Of a stretch of DNA of 64,000 bases, positions 34,610-44,426 are shown piece after piece. Every line of letters starts with the position of its first letter. Position 1 is the first letter of the stretch. Under the pieces are notes generated by a model that saw nothing but the letters and a program-made list of their open reading frames with translations, was not told where the DNA came from and ran no database searches. Source of the stretch: an uncultured delta proteobacterium (GTDB lineage Bacteria > Desulfobacterota > Binatia > UBA9968); NCBI GenBank assembly GCA_963847445.1, contig CAWJZV010000034.1:224001-288000 (forward strand), read 5' to 3'. Both the position numbers and the translations under genes were made by a program.

Positions 34610-35251
34610 ATGGTTCGTTTTGTCACCTTCGAAGGCGGCGACGGCAGCGGTAAGACTACCCAGATCAGAGCCCTGGAAAGCTATCTGAGTTCCCACGGCA
34701 AGGTCTGTTTAGTCACCCGGGAGCCGGGCGGCACTGATCTTGGGGCGATGCTGCGCCGGGTACTTTTGGAAGCTGGTGGTGCGCCGATTGCGCCCTCGAG
34801 TGAGCTATTTCTTTACTTGGCGGACCGGGCGCAGCATGTCAGCGAAGTGATCCGCCCAGCGGTAGCCGCCGGCAAAATCGTGCTGTGCGACCGTTTCACC
34901 GACTCTACTCTGGCGTATCAGGGGTATGGACGCGGTTTGGACTTGGGCTTGCTGCGCCAGTTCAATAGCGTAGCCGACGACGGCACGCGTCCGGATCTGA
35001 CTTTGCTGCTCGATTGTCCGATTGAAGTTGGCTTGGGCCGCACCGCGAGCCGCCAGGCGCAGTCCCAAGTCGACGCACCGAAGGAAGATCGCTTCGAGCG
35101 CGAGAAAATGGAGTTTCACGAAAAGGTCCGTGCCGGCTTTCTCGACCTGGCGCGGCAAGAGCCAGGTCGCATTCGCGTGATTGACGCGGCGCAGCCAGCG
35201 GCGCAGGTTTCATTGGCAATTCGCAAAATCATCGACGAGGCGCTGGAGTAA
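34610..35251 (+). CDS. tmk: Thymidylate kinase
   Basis: FEGGDGSGKTT, TREPGG, CDRFTDSTLAYQG. Confidence 0.95.
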   Translation: MVRFVTFEGGDGSGKTTQIRALESYLSSHGKVCLVTREPGGTDLGAMLRRVLLEAGGAPIAPSSELFLYLADRAQHVSEVIRPAVAAGKIVLCDRFTDSTLAYQGYGRGLDLGLLRQFNSVADDGTRPDLTLLLDCPIEVGLGRTASRQAQSQVDAPKEDRFEREKMEFHEKVRAGFLDLARQEPGRIRVIDAAQPAAQVSLAIRKIIDEALE

Positions 35252-36241
35252 TGGGTTTTGACGAAATCATCGGTCATCGCCGGCCACTGGAGAGCCTGCG
35301 CCTCGCCTTGTCAAGCGGACGGCTGCATCACGCCTATCTGTTTGTCGGGCCAGAGGGCATCGGCAAGCGCACGCTCGCAACCGCGCTGGCGCAAGCGGTG
35401 CATTGCGGCGATGGCGCGGGTGATTTTTGCGGCAGCTGCGTCAATTGCACGAGAATCGCCGATGGCAATCATCCCGACGTGCGCATCATCGAGCCGCTGG
35501 CCGGCAAAAAAGAGATTTCGATCCAGCAGGTGCGCGAGTTCGAGCGCGAGCTCAATTATCGTTCGTTCACGGGCAAGCGTAAAATCGTCATCGTCGATCC
35601 GGCGACATTGATGAACCTGGCATCGCAGAACGCGCTGCTAAAGACCCTCGAAGAACCGCCGCAAGACTCGCTGATTATTCTGATCGCTGTCGAGCGCCGG
35701 CGGGCTATTGCCGACGGTGCGTTCGCGTTGTCTGCGGGTTTCCTTCGCACCGCTGGCGCGCAGCGAGGTCGCTCAGTATTTGCGCACGAAGCAGAGGATG
35801 AGCGGCGACAATGTTGAGTTTGTCGCCGCCATGAGTATGGGCAGTATCGGCACCGCCGTCGGACTCGACAAAGAAGCATTTGCCGAGAAGCGGCGGGTGT
35901 GGGCCGGCATGGTCGGCGCGCTCAAAATGGGCGATTATCAAGCGGCCGCAGTCGCCGCCGAGGCGTTGGCCGGCAACCGCGACGACGCGCTCAAGTTTCT
36001 CGCTTGGGCGCAAAGCTGGTATCGCGATCTGCTGGTTTATGGCGTTACCGGCGATGGCAGTGAGCTGGTCAATCTAGACATGCGCGGGCAAATCGAACAG
36101 CAAGCGGCACCGGCGCAGAGCGCGCAGCGGATTGCGGCTGTGACCGCCAGCAGCCGGGCGGCGGCGGCGATCCAGCGCAATCTCAATCGCCGCATGGTCT
36201 TGGAGAAGTACTTGTTTGGAGTCGTGAAGGGACGGTCATGA
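35251..36241 (+). CDS. holB: DNA polymerase III delta' subunit (one frameshift)
   Basis: [38 protein letters not shown]. Confidence 0.93.
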
Positions 36242-37771
36242 GTTCGGTTTATATCACTACGCCATTGTTCTACGTGAATGCCGAACCCCACTTGGGCAGC
36301 ACGTATACAATGGTGATCACGGACACTTTGGCGCGCTACTACCGGGCTAAAGGTGACGAGACGTTCTATCTCACTGGCACCGACGAGCATGGCGACAAGA
36401 TCGCCCAGGTCGCTGCCGAGGCCAAGGTCTCGGAAAAAGAGTTTACCGATCGCGTCAGCGCGGCGTTTCGCCGTATCTGGGACGATTGCGGCATTACCTA
36501 CGATCACTTCATTCGCACCACCGACGCGCATCATGTCGGTTTCGTGCAGGAGGTGTTGCAGTTGGTCTATGATGCCGGCGATATTTACTTCGGCAAGTAT
36601 GGCGGACTTTACTGCGTCGGTTGCGAGCGCTTTTACACCGATAAGGAACTGCGCGACGGCAAGTGTCCCGACCATCTCATCGAACCGAAGCTCATCGAGG
36701 AAGAAAATTATTTTTTCCGCATGGGTAAATATCAGGACCGGCTGCGCGAGCATATCGAAAGTCATCCGGATTTCATCCGCCCCGAAGGCTACCGCAACGA
36801 AGTGCTCGGCATGCTGCGCGAGCCGATCGGCGATCTGTGCATCTCGCGGCCCAAGAGCCGGCTCACTTGGGGCATTGGCATTCCATTCGACCAGCGCTAC
36901 GTTACCTATGTCTGGTTCGACGCCTTGCTCAATTACGTGAGCGCGCTCAAGTTCAAGGGCGAGAAAACGTTTCAAAAATTCTGGCCGACGACGCAGCATT
37001 TTATCGGCAAGGACATCGTCAAACCCCACGGCGTGTTTTGGCCGACCATGCTGATGGCGGCCGGGCTGCCGCTGTACAAGCACCTGAACGTTCATGGTTT
37101 TTGGACCGTCGAAGGCCAGAAGATGTCGAAGAGCTTGGGCAATGCCGTGGCGCCACTGGAAGTGAAGGCCGAGATCGGCATGGATGCGTTGCGCTATTTC
37201 TTGCTGCGTGAAAGCGTCTTTGGCCAGGATCCCGACTTCCGTCATGAGAGTCTGGTTAGCCGCTATAATACCGATCTCGCCAACAATCTCGGCAACTTCG
37301 TCAGCCGGGCGCTGGCCATGCAGCAAAAATATTTCGCCGGCATCGTCCAGCCGCTCGAGCGCCGATTGGCCGGTGGAAGACCGCGAGCTGCGCGATAAGT
37401 TCGCGCAAACCGAGAAAGACATCGATGGCTACATGAACGATCTGCAGTTCCATCGCGCCTTGGAGTCGGTTATGGCTGCGCTTGATCACGCCAACCGCTA
37501 CATCGTTCAGATGGCGCCGTTCACGATGATCAAGGATGCCGACAAACAAGCGCGCGTCGGCGCTGTGCTGCATCAGTTGCTCGAAGTGGTGCGCACTCTG
37601 GCGCGACTACTGGCGCCGTTCTTGCCGGACACGGTGGGTGAGTTGCGCGCCTTGCTGGCGCTTGAACCCGCTGCTTTGACCAAGCCTTGGGGCGAGGGCT
37701 TCGTAGCTGGACATCAGATCAACGCGCCGAAGGTTTTGTTTCCGCGCATCGACACCGGCGCCAAAAAATAG
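36238..37771 (+). CDS. metG: Methionine-tRNA ligase, short form (one frameshift)
   Basis: [33 protein letters not shown]; ends at LFPRI without the C-terminal OB domain. Confidence 0.95.
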
Positions 37772-37785
37772 CAGCTTTGCCAATT

Positions 37786-38556
37786 ATGCTGATCGATAGC
37801 CACGCCCATATTCAGGGCAAGGAATACGCCGGCGAGACGGAAGCAGTGATCGCCCGTGCGCGTGAGGCCGGGGTCGAGACGATTATCGCCGTCGGCGGCG
37901 CCGGTGATATGTCGAGCAACAGCGAAGCGGTGCGGTTGGCGAATTCATTCGCCAACGTCTACGCCACCGTCGGCATGCATCCCCATGACGCCAAAGATGT
38001 TGGCGCCGATGAGTTAGAAGTCCTAAAAAATTTAGCGGCGGATGCCAAAGTCGTCGCCATCGGCGAGACTGGCTTGGATTACTACTACAGCCATTCGCCC
38101 CATGACGTGCAGCGGCGCGTGTTCGGTCAATTCATCCAGATGGCGCGCCAGACCGAGTTGCCGATCGTCGTCCATGAGCGCGACGCGGCGCAGGAGGCCG
38201 TCGAATTACTGCGCGGCGAAGGGGGCGGCGAGTTGCGCGGCGTGATTCACTGCTTCACGGGTAATTACCAAGCTGCTTGCGCTTATCTTGACCTGGGATT
38301 CTATCTCTCATTTACCGGCATCATCACCTTCAAAAATGCCGATGCTCTGCGTGAGGTCGTCAGCAAGGTTCCGCTGGAGCGCATACTCGTCGAAACCGAT
38401 TCGCCCTATCTCACCCCCGTGCCCCATCGCGGCAAACGGAACGAGCCCGCCTATGTTCGCTTTGTCGCCGAGACCATCGCCAAGGTCAAAGACATTGCAG
38501 TCGAAGAGATTGCTCACGTAACCTCTGCTAACGTTAAACAGCTGTTTCGTATTTGA
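37786..38556 (+). CDS. tatD: TatD family nuclease
   Basis: IDSHAH, HPH, GETGLDY, ETDSPY. Confidence 0.93.
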   Translation: MLIDSHAHIQGKEYAGETEAVIARAREAGVETIIAVGGAGDMSSNSEAVRLANSFANVYATVGMHPHDAKDVGADELEVLKNLAADAKVVAIGETGLDYYYSHSPHDVQRRVFGQFIQMARQTELPIVVHERDAAQEAVELLRGEGGGELRGVIHCFTGNYQAACAYLDLGFYLSFTGIITFKNADALREVVSKVPLERILVETDSPYLTPVPHRGKRNEPAYVRFVAETIAKVKDIAVEEIAHVTSANVKQLFRI

Positions 38557-38992
38557 CCGCCGGGTTTGGCAGCCTATGCTACCCTCAGTAACCAAAGTTC
38601 ATCACAAAAGGTTGTTGATGGAAGTTTCATAGAAGAGGAAGCCAGAGGTCATTAAGGTGTTGGGGCATCGCTATGCGAGATTATGTGCTAGCCGTTAATG
38701 AAACTGCTCAAAGGACATATCATATTCCTTCTTTTCTTAGGTGCGAAATTGAAAATCGTTGCTGGAATAATGAACGTGCGCAGCAGCCATGCCAACAGAG
38801 ACAGCGGATGTCCCAGCTCGGCAATCGCGGTAATTTTGCGTTAGCCAATTCTCACGCATAAAAAAGTAAAGCGCAAAAAGCTCATAAACGGGAAAGCGTC
38901 AATTCTCATGCGATAGCATCCACTCCAGTGGCCGAGATGGAGATGATCTGGTATGGGAATGACTGATCTGAAACTAAAACGGCGTAAGGACA

Positions 38993-39733
38993 GTGACGAC
39001 CTTTCTTTGGATCTTCTTCAGCGGACTGCTGATGAGCGCGATCGCGCTCGTCGGCAGCGTCACTCTGTTTCTCAGCGAAGCAGCGCTGAAAAAATTACTG
39101 TTGCCGCTGGTCGCGCTGGCAGCGGGCACTCTGCTCGGCGGCGCTCTCCTCCACATGATACCCGCCGCCATCGAAAAGAGCGGCAACCAACTGTCGATTT
39201 ATCTCTGGATTTTGCTCGGTTTTACGCTCTTCCTGGCGCTCGAACAGTTTCTCCACTGGCATCACTGTCACCGGGCGCCGAGCGAGCACCGGCCGTTGAC
39301 TTATTTAATTCTCATCGCCGACGGGGTGCATAATTTCATCGGCGGCCTCGCCGTGGCCGGAGCTTTTCTGATTGACGTGAGAGTCGGCATCAGCACTTGG
39401 CTTGCCGCTGCCGCCCATGAAGTGCCGCAGGAACTTGGAGACTTCGGCATTCTCATCCACGGCGGGTGGAAGAAGGGCCGGGCACTGCTCTACAACTTTC
39501 TTTCGGCGCTCACCTTCCTGGTCGGCGGCATCGTCGCGTACGGTGCGTCATTCACCTTCGACGTGACTTTTCTCCTGCCGTTTGCCGCCGGCAACTTCAT
39601 CTATATCGCCGCCGCCGATTTGATTCCCGAGATCAAGCATGAAGAAGACGCCAGGCTCAATGTCATCCACTTTTTTTCGTTCCTGGCCGGCCTTGGGCTG
39701 CTCTTGGTCGTAAGATTCGTATTCGAAGATTGA
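38993..39733 (+). CDS. ZIP family metal transporter
   Basis: HWHHCH loop, HNFIGG, HEVPQELGD. Confidence 0.9.
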   Translation: MTTFLWIFFSGLLMSAIALVGSVTLFLSEAALKKLLLPLVALAAGTLLGGALLHMIPAAIEKSGNQLSIYLWILLGFTLFLALEQFLHWHHCHRAPSEHRPLTYLILIADGVHNFIGGLAVAGAFLIDVRVGISTWLAAAAHEVPQELGDFGILIHGGWKKGRALLYNFLSALTFLVGGIVAYGASFTFDVTFLLPFAAGNFIYIAAADLIPEIKHEEDARLNVIHFFSFLAGLGLLLVVRFVFED

Positions 39734-39762
39734 ACAGAGCTTCTGAACTTTGGAGTTTCGTT

Positions 39763-40611
39763 TCAAAAATTGTTCAACGGGATCTTCAGATAAGCAATTC
39801 CGTTCGCCTCGGGCTCGGGGAACTCTCCGGCGCGGATATTGATCTGTATCGCAGGCAAGATAAGGGCCGGCATGTCGAGCTGAACGTCGCGGTTTTTTCG
39901 GATGGTGGTAAATTCCTGTTTGGTCGTCTCTTCGCGCAGCTGAATATTGGCGCGCTTCTGCTCGGCGACGGTCGTGACAAAACGCAGCTCGCGGCCGCCG
40001 GGCTGGTAGTCATGGCACATGAAAAGCCTGGTGCTTTCCGGCAGCGCATAGATTCGTTGGATGGAGTCGAAGAGCTGTTCCGCGGACCCGCCGGGAAAGT
40101 CGCAGCGCGCCGTGCCGTAGTCCGGCATGAAAAGGGTATCGCCGACAAAAAGCGCATCGTCGATTTGCCAGGACATGTGTGCCGGCGTGTGTCCGGGCGT
40201 GTGCATGGCTCGCACTCGGAACGAACCTACTTCGAGTTCCTGTCCTTCATCGAGCAAGAGATCGAACTGCCGCCCATCCACCGGGAAGTCCGCGCCGAGA
40301 TTGTAGATGTCGCGAAAACTGCGCTGGACTTCGCCGACCCGGCTTCCGGTCACAGTGCGGGCGCCGTAGCGCTTTTTAAAGAAAGGCATGGCCGTCAGGT
40401 GATCCGCATGCGCATGGGTATCGATCACGTAGGGAACGGTAAGATGCCGGTCATCGATATATCGCGCCACGGCCTCAGCGGACCGAAAGGAAGTGCGCGC
40501 ACTCTTCGGCTCGTAATCCAACACGGGGTCGATCACGACGCCGGTCCTGGCATCGTGAACCACGTAGGTCAACGTCGACGTTGCCCGATCGAAAAAGTGC
40601 TGGATCTCCAT
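39763..40611 (-). CDS. MBL-fold persulfide dioxygenase-like protein
   Basis: THAHADH, TPGHT, DYGTARCDFPGG, MCHDY, LKIPLN. Confidence 0.88.
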   Translation of the reverse strand: MEIQHFFDRATSTLTYVVHDARTGVVIDPVLDYEPKSARTSFRSAEAVARYIDDRHLTVPYVIDTHAHADHLTAMPFFKKRYGARTVTGSRVGEVQRSFRDIYNLGADFPVDGRQFDLLLDEGQELEVGSFRVRAMHTPGHTPAHMSWQIDDALFVGDTLFMPDYGTARCDFPGGSAEQLFDSIQRIYALPESTRLFMCHDYQPGGRELRFVTTVAEQKRANIQLREETTKQEFTTIRKNRDVQLDMPALILPAIQINIRAGEFPEPEANGIAYLKIPLNNF

Positions 40612-40722
40612 TTCAGTTTTGCCTTAGCTGACCTTCGTCGGCTGAAATGTGTTGTCATCTACGGGAAACAATGGCTCGCGGAATATTTTCCCGTCATGCT
40701 ACCCCTTAATACCGGCAACTTG

Positions 40723-40795
40723 CTTGCGCCCAGGCGCAACGAACGCCAAGCCCGGAAACGTTATAACCTTTGCGGTCTCTGCGTCTTTGCGCGTG
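40723..40795. repeat. Degenerate REP-like inverted repeat related to 3578-3664
   Basis: cttgcgcccaggcgcaacgaacgccaag ... ctttgcggtctctgcgtctttgcgcgtg. Confidence 0.55.
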
Positions 40796-40839
40796 ATAAC
40801 CCGATTGAGTTGCGGCTTTGCGCGTCAGGAATACAGGAG

Positions 40840-41325
40840 TCAAATATGGCCGCGCGCGTCTTGCAATTTTTTGTACCAGCCGGGAACGCTGAATTCGTCG
40901 ACGCGATAAGTCGGCCGATAACCTTTGATATCGAGGATCGGCGTACCGTCGAAAAAATCGAGGCCGCTGACTTTGAGAAATCGCCCTTGCCGTCCGAGCA
41001 AGCGCACCAGCGTGAGCCCGATGGGATTGGGCCGCGTAGGCGAATCGAGGGCGAAGACGCCGAGCAGCGGCAGGTCCTCTAATTTAAATCCTCGATTGAC
41101 CAGCCGTCGGGGCTTTACCTGAAGCGGGCCGATCTGATCCGGTCGCAGCCGGTCAAAATACGCCAGGACAAAAAGATGGGAATAACCGTCGATCCCTTCC
41201 AGCGCCGGTTCGAACTCGGCATAGATTTCGAGTTCTCCTGCCAAATCTTTGCCCTCCGCGCGAATATCCGATTCGGACGATTGCGTCCTGACCTGGCCAA
41301 TGGGATTAAAGACAATCTCAGACAT
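40840..41325 (-). CDS. TrmO/TsaA family SAM-binding protein
   Basis: PIG, GVFALDSPTRPNPIGL, DGTPILDIK. Confidence 0.85.
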   Translation of the reverse strand: MSEIVFNPIGQVRTQSSESDIRAEGKDLAGELEIYAEFEPALEGIDGYSHLFVLAYFDRLRPDQIGPLQVKPRRLVNRGFKLEDLPLLGVFALDSPTRPNPIGLTLVRLLGRQGRFLKVSGLDFFDGTPILDIKGYRPTYRVDEFSVPGWYKKLQDARGHI

Positions 41326-41390
41326 ACCAATATCTCCGTATTCTCGAACTAACGACAATCTGCCTCAGGACTTTGCCAAGCACGCCTCGG

Positions 41391-41832
41391 TTACTTCGCT
41401 GGCGTCGTGGCGCCTTGTTTGAGGAATGCCACCAAGTCGATGAGCTCTTGCACGGTCAAGAAGTGATTATAGTTGCCCATGGCGGCTTTTCCGTCTTTGA
41501 CCGTGTAACCGGGAGCCGCGACTGCCGGATGTGCTTTGATAATCGATGAGGCCAGGTACTCTTTGGGCAGAACCGAGTAGCCGGTCAGCTCCGGCCCGAC
41601 GTTACCGGGTCGCGCGGCGAGCGACTCCTTTGGGAGTTTGATCGTGTGGCAAGCGTAGCACTCCATTTTGATGAAGAGCTGCTTGCCCGTTTCCTGATTG
41701 CCGTCGGGGAATGAAAAGCTCCAGCCTTTGGGCACGCTCGGCTTGGCCGGGACTCGGCTTTTGCGCCAGCGCAATACCGGACAGCGATAGCGACAGCGTC
41801 AACGTTAACGCATATGGAATTATTCGTTTCAT
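41391..41832 (-). CDS. Exported monoheme c-type cytochrome (frameshift after signal peptide)
   Basis: Signal peptide MKRIIPYAL..., CYACH, GPEL, distal Met, DLVAFL. Confidence 0.8.
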
Positions 41833-41974
41833 AGCTCGATCTCCTTCGCTTTCGCATAACGTCAGCAGTCCGTCACAGCATGTTTATCGGAACCGGTTGT
41901 TCCAGCTCGGCAGATCTCTTTCCGACCTGCAGAGCAGCCCTGGCGTAGCGGCTGCTCGCTGTAGCGACCCGGTG

Positions 41975-42129
41975 AAATCAAACGGTCAAGGTTCATGGGC
42001 TTGTTCCACGCCGACGAGTCATGGACAAACTTCTTGCGGAGTCCGCGCATCCGTAGACTTCCAGCCTGTGCGCGAGAGTTCGGAGTTCGAACCGAAGACG
42101 AGATCGACACGCGTGCCGGTCCACTTGAG
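41975..42129 (-). pseudogene. katG: 3'-terminal remnant of catalase-peroxidase
   Basis: With indels reads [45 protein letters not shown], the KatG C-terminus; rest of gene absent. Confidence 0.8.
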
Positions 42130-42240
42130 TCAGAAGCTCATTCCTGGTTGTGGGTTAATCCTTTACCGCCAATTCATTTGCCAACCCAATTTGGCCTGCC
42201 GACGCGCGTCGAAGCTCCGCGCACGCCGGGGCGCAAATAG

Positions 42241-42741
42241 CTATCGCGATTTCTTCAACATGAAGTCCAAATCTTCAGAGAGCGACTGGAGATCCTCCTC
42301 GTGCGCCACTTCGTCCTGAAGAATTTGCAAAACCATATTGTAAGTGACTGGGTCTTTTGTCTGAGTCGCCTCCAAAAGTTTCTTGTAAAAGCCAATGGCG
42401 CAGCGCTCGCCCTTGATGTTTTGGCTTAGGATAGTCTCGACGAACGGGTCATCGGGCGCGTCGTAGCCGCAACTGGTCACGTCATACCATTTTTTCGGCT
42501 CGGCCACCGGCGTGCCGCCGAGCTGGATGATCCGGGCCGCGACCATGTCGGCGTGACGCAACTCGTCGGTAGCATGTTGCAGCAATTCGGCGATCACCGC
42601 TTCTTTCATCGGACCCTTCACGACCTTGGCGCCCAGCCAGTATTGGTAATAGGCGAGCCACTCATCGGCGAACGCCATATTGAGCAGCTTCAACAGTTGT
42701 TCCACGTCCATGCCGACAATTTCTCTTCCTTTGGTGCCCAT
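42241..42741 (-). CDS. DPS-like (DPSL/thioferritin) ferritin-family protein
   Basis: ADEWLAYYQYW, DELRH, SCGY and ERCAI cysteine pair, DEVAHE. Confidence 0.88.
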   Translation of the reverse strand: MGTKGREIVGMDVEQLLKLLNMAFADEWLAYYQYWLGAKVVKGPMKEAVIAELLQHATDELRHADMVAARIIQLGGTPVAEPKKWYDVTSCGYDAPDDPFVETILSQNIKGERCAIGFYKKLLEATQTKDPVTYNMVLQILQDEVAHEEDLQSLSEDLDFMLKKSR

Positions 42742-42829
42742 AATATTCTTCTCCTGTTTGTTCAATTTTTAGATGCACAACCACCGTGTAATTCCCTTAA
42801 GTATCGGCGATTGATCGCCATCAAGCGAC

Positions 42830-42891
42830 AAGAGCCCGCGCTTCGCCGCAAACGCGAAACGCCGGGCTCTGGGTTCGTGACCGCTGGCCTC
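42830..42891 (-). promoter_or_regulatory. Structured leader element, copy 1 (heptad repeats plus hairpin, no U-tract)
   Basis: AGAGGCC AGCGGTC ACGAACCC AGAGCCCGGCGTTTCGC-loop-GCGAAGCGCGGGCTCT; homologous to 51486-51555. Confidence 0.8.
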
Positions 42892-42907
42892 TTGGTTTAC
42901 TTGACAA

Positions 42908-42923
42908 AGCACTTAGTGTGCCA
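42908..42923 (-). promoter_or_regulatory. Putative sigma54 promoter of the DPSL gene
   Basis: TGGCAC-ACTAA-GTGCT with -24 GG / -12 GC spacing. Confidence 0.6.
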
Positions 42924-43108
42924 CGGCCAATGGCGGATTATCGACGCCGGATCAAAGACAAATTGTCATTGTTGAAAATTTGCGCTGCAAAAAACTTCAA
43001 CTATGGGAATCGCCGGTGTCTTTGGTTTCTGGCCCATAGCTATGTTTGACAGCACGATCTCGAATACAAATCTTTGCTTAGCGATCATCCCACTTGCAGC
43101 TCTAATCG

Positions 43109-43816
43109 TTAGTAGTGGTGACGGTCGTCGGAGCTCGTCACTTTGATTGCCAAACTATTCCGTCGGTTTGAATAAACGAAAGCGACGATATGTGGCGCGT
43201 CCGGTTGAATTTTTCGCTCGCCACTGCCGCCGGCCTTTTCGTCAAAGTGAGTTACTTCCAATACGTAGCGACCTGCCCAGGGCGTCGGCAGAGTGACACG
43301 GCCCTGTTCGTCGGTGGTTAAAGGCTTTTCCCACTTGGACGGTCCGATGATCGTGAGTTCGGCTTTCGCAAGCGGTGAACCGAGAAAAATTAGCACAAAG
43401 GTTTTGCCGTTGGCTTCTGTGGGCACTAACTCCAAGTCGAGCTTCGCCGCGGTTTCCGTACGCCCATGCTTGGCGTAATAGATCGTCTTGGTTGTGCCGC
43501 CCTTTTCGTTGTCCTCGCGCGCTGGGACGCCGCTGTCGACGAAGCGCACGTCGCCAGCTCCCTTGGCTGGGAATTCGAGGTTGTTGTCATTGCGTTTGAC
43601 CTGAAGCGGCTCGTTGCTTGCGCCGACAATGACGCGCGGCGCTTTGAATCGGTCGAGCAGCCCGCCGGTTTTTTCGCGGATATCGTCGATCCATTCGCCA
43701 AAATAGGCGCGCGCCGGGCCGTCGCCGTCGCGTTCGAGCCAGACGAAATGAGCCTGGGCACAAGGAGTTAGCAACAATGTGGCGGCCATTATCATGAGAG
43801 AAATGAACTTCAACAT
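43109..43816 (-). CDS. DUF4198-like exported protein (3' end uncertain)
   Basis: Signal peptide, AH|FVWLE, YFGE, TDEQGRV, GRYVL. Confidence 0.72.
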   Translation of the reverse strand: MLKFISLMIMAATLLLTPCAQAHFVWLERDGDGPARAYFGEWIDDIREKTGGLLDRFKAPRVIVGASNEPLQVKRNDNNLEFPAKGAGDVRFVDSGVPAREDNEKGGTTKTIYYAKHGRTETAAKLDLELVPTEANGKTFVLIFLGSPLAKAELTIIGPSKWEKPLTTDEQGRVTLPTPWAGRYVLEVTHFDEKAGGSGERKIQPDAPHIVAFVYSNRRNSLAIKVTSSDDRHHY

Positions 43817-43835
43817 GGGAGATCTCCTGGAATGT

Positions 43836-44426
43836 CTATGCCGACAGAGTGGTGCGTTCAGATTTTTCGAGATGCGCCAGCACGCCGTCGAGCCAATGCT
43901 TGGCCGGCGCGTCGTAATCGACGTCGCAATCGACGCGCGGATGGATGCGAATGCCACCGTGGCGCTCCAGAGCGGCGTCGAAGTCGCGGCCACACTTGCA
44001 GAAATGATCGTAGGTGGTGTTGCCGAGGGCGAGCACGGAAAACTTGACGCCGCGCAGATCGAGGCTATTGCCTTGCACCACCGCTTCCCAGAACGGCGCG
44101 GCATCGTCAGGCGGCTCGCCGTCGCCGTAGGTGCTGATCACCACCAGTACGCAATTTGACTGCGTCAACACGCTGGGTTGGCAGTGCGCGATGTCTCGTA
44201 CCCGAGCCGTGACGCCGGCACGGCGCAACGACAGCGACAGCTTATTCGCCAGCAATTCGGCGTTGCCGGTCACGGTGCCGTAGAGAACCAGCACTGAATC
44301 GCCGTTGTCGGGCGAGGTCTGCCACTCGCCGTGAACTTCCTCATGGCCGTTGTGCGTGTGGCCGTTGGTTGCATTGGAGCTAGTTTGTTCCATCTCGATC
44401 CTCGCTAGGTCGTTTTGATGTTTCAT
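43836..44426 (-). CDS. Flavodoxin domain protein (CysJ-type)
   Basis: YGTVTGNAE, STYGDGEPPD, LALGN, RVDCD. Confidence 0.85.
   Translation of the reverse strand: MKHQNDLARIEMEQTSSNATNGHTHNGHEEVHGEWQTSPDNGDSVLVLYGTVTGNAELLANKLSLSLRRAGVTARVRDIAHCQPSVLTQSNCVLVVISTYGDGEPPDDAAPFWEAVVQGNSLDLRGVKFSVLALGNTTYDHFCKCGRDFDAALERHGGIRIHPRVDCDVDYDAPAKHWLDGVLAHLEKSERTTLSA

Noticed and set aside
36037-37422. 461-aa minus-strand ORF
   Set aside because: Antisense shadow of metG
38560-38990. AT-richer spacer upstream of the ZIP gene as ncRNA or gene remnant
   Set aside because: No convincing structure, repeat or protein motif found
39730-41082. 450-aa plus-strand ORF
   Set aside because: Antisense to the MBL and TrmO genes; no recognisable motifs
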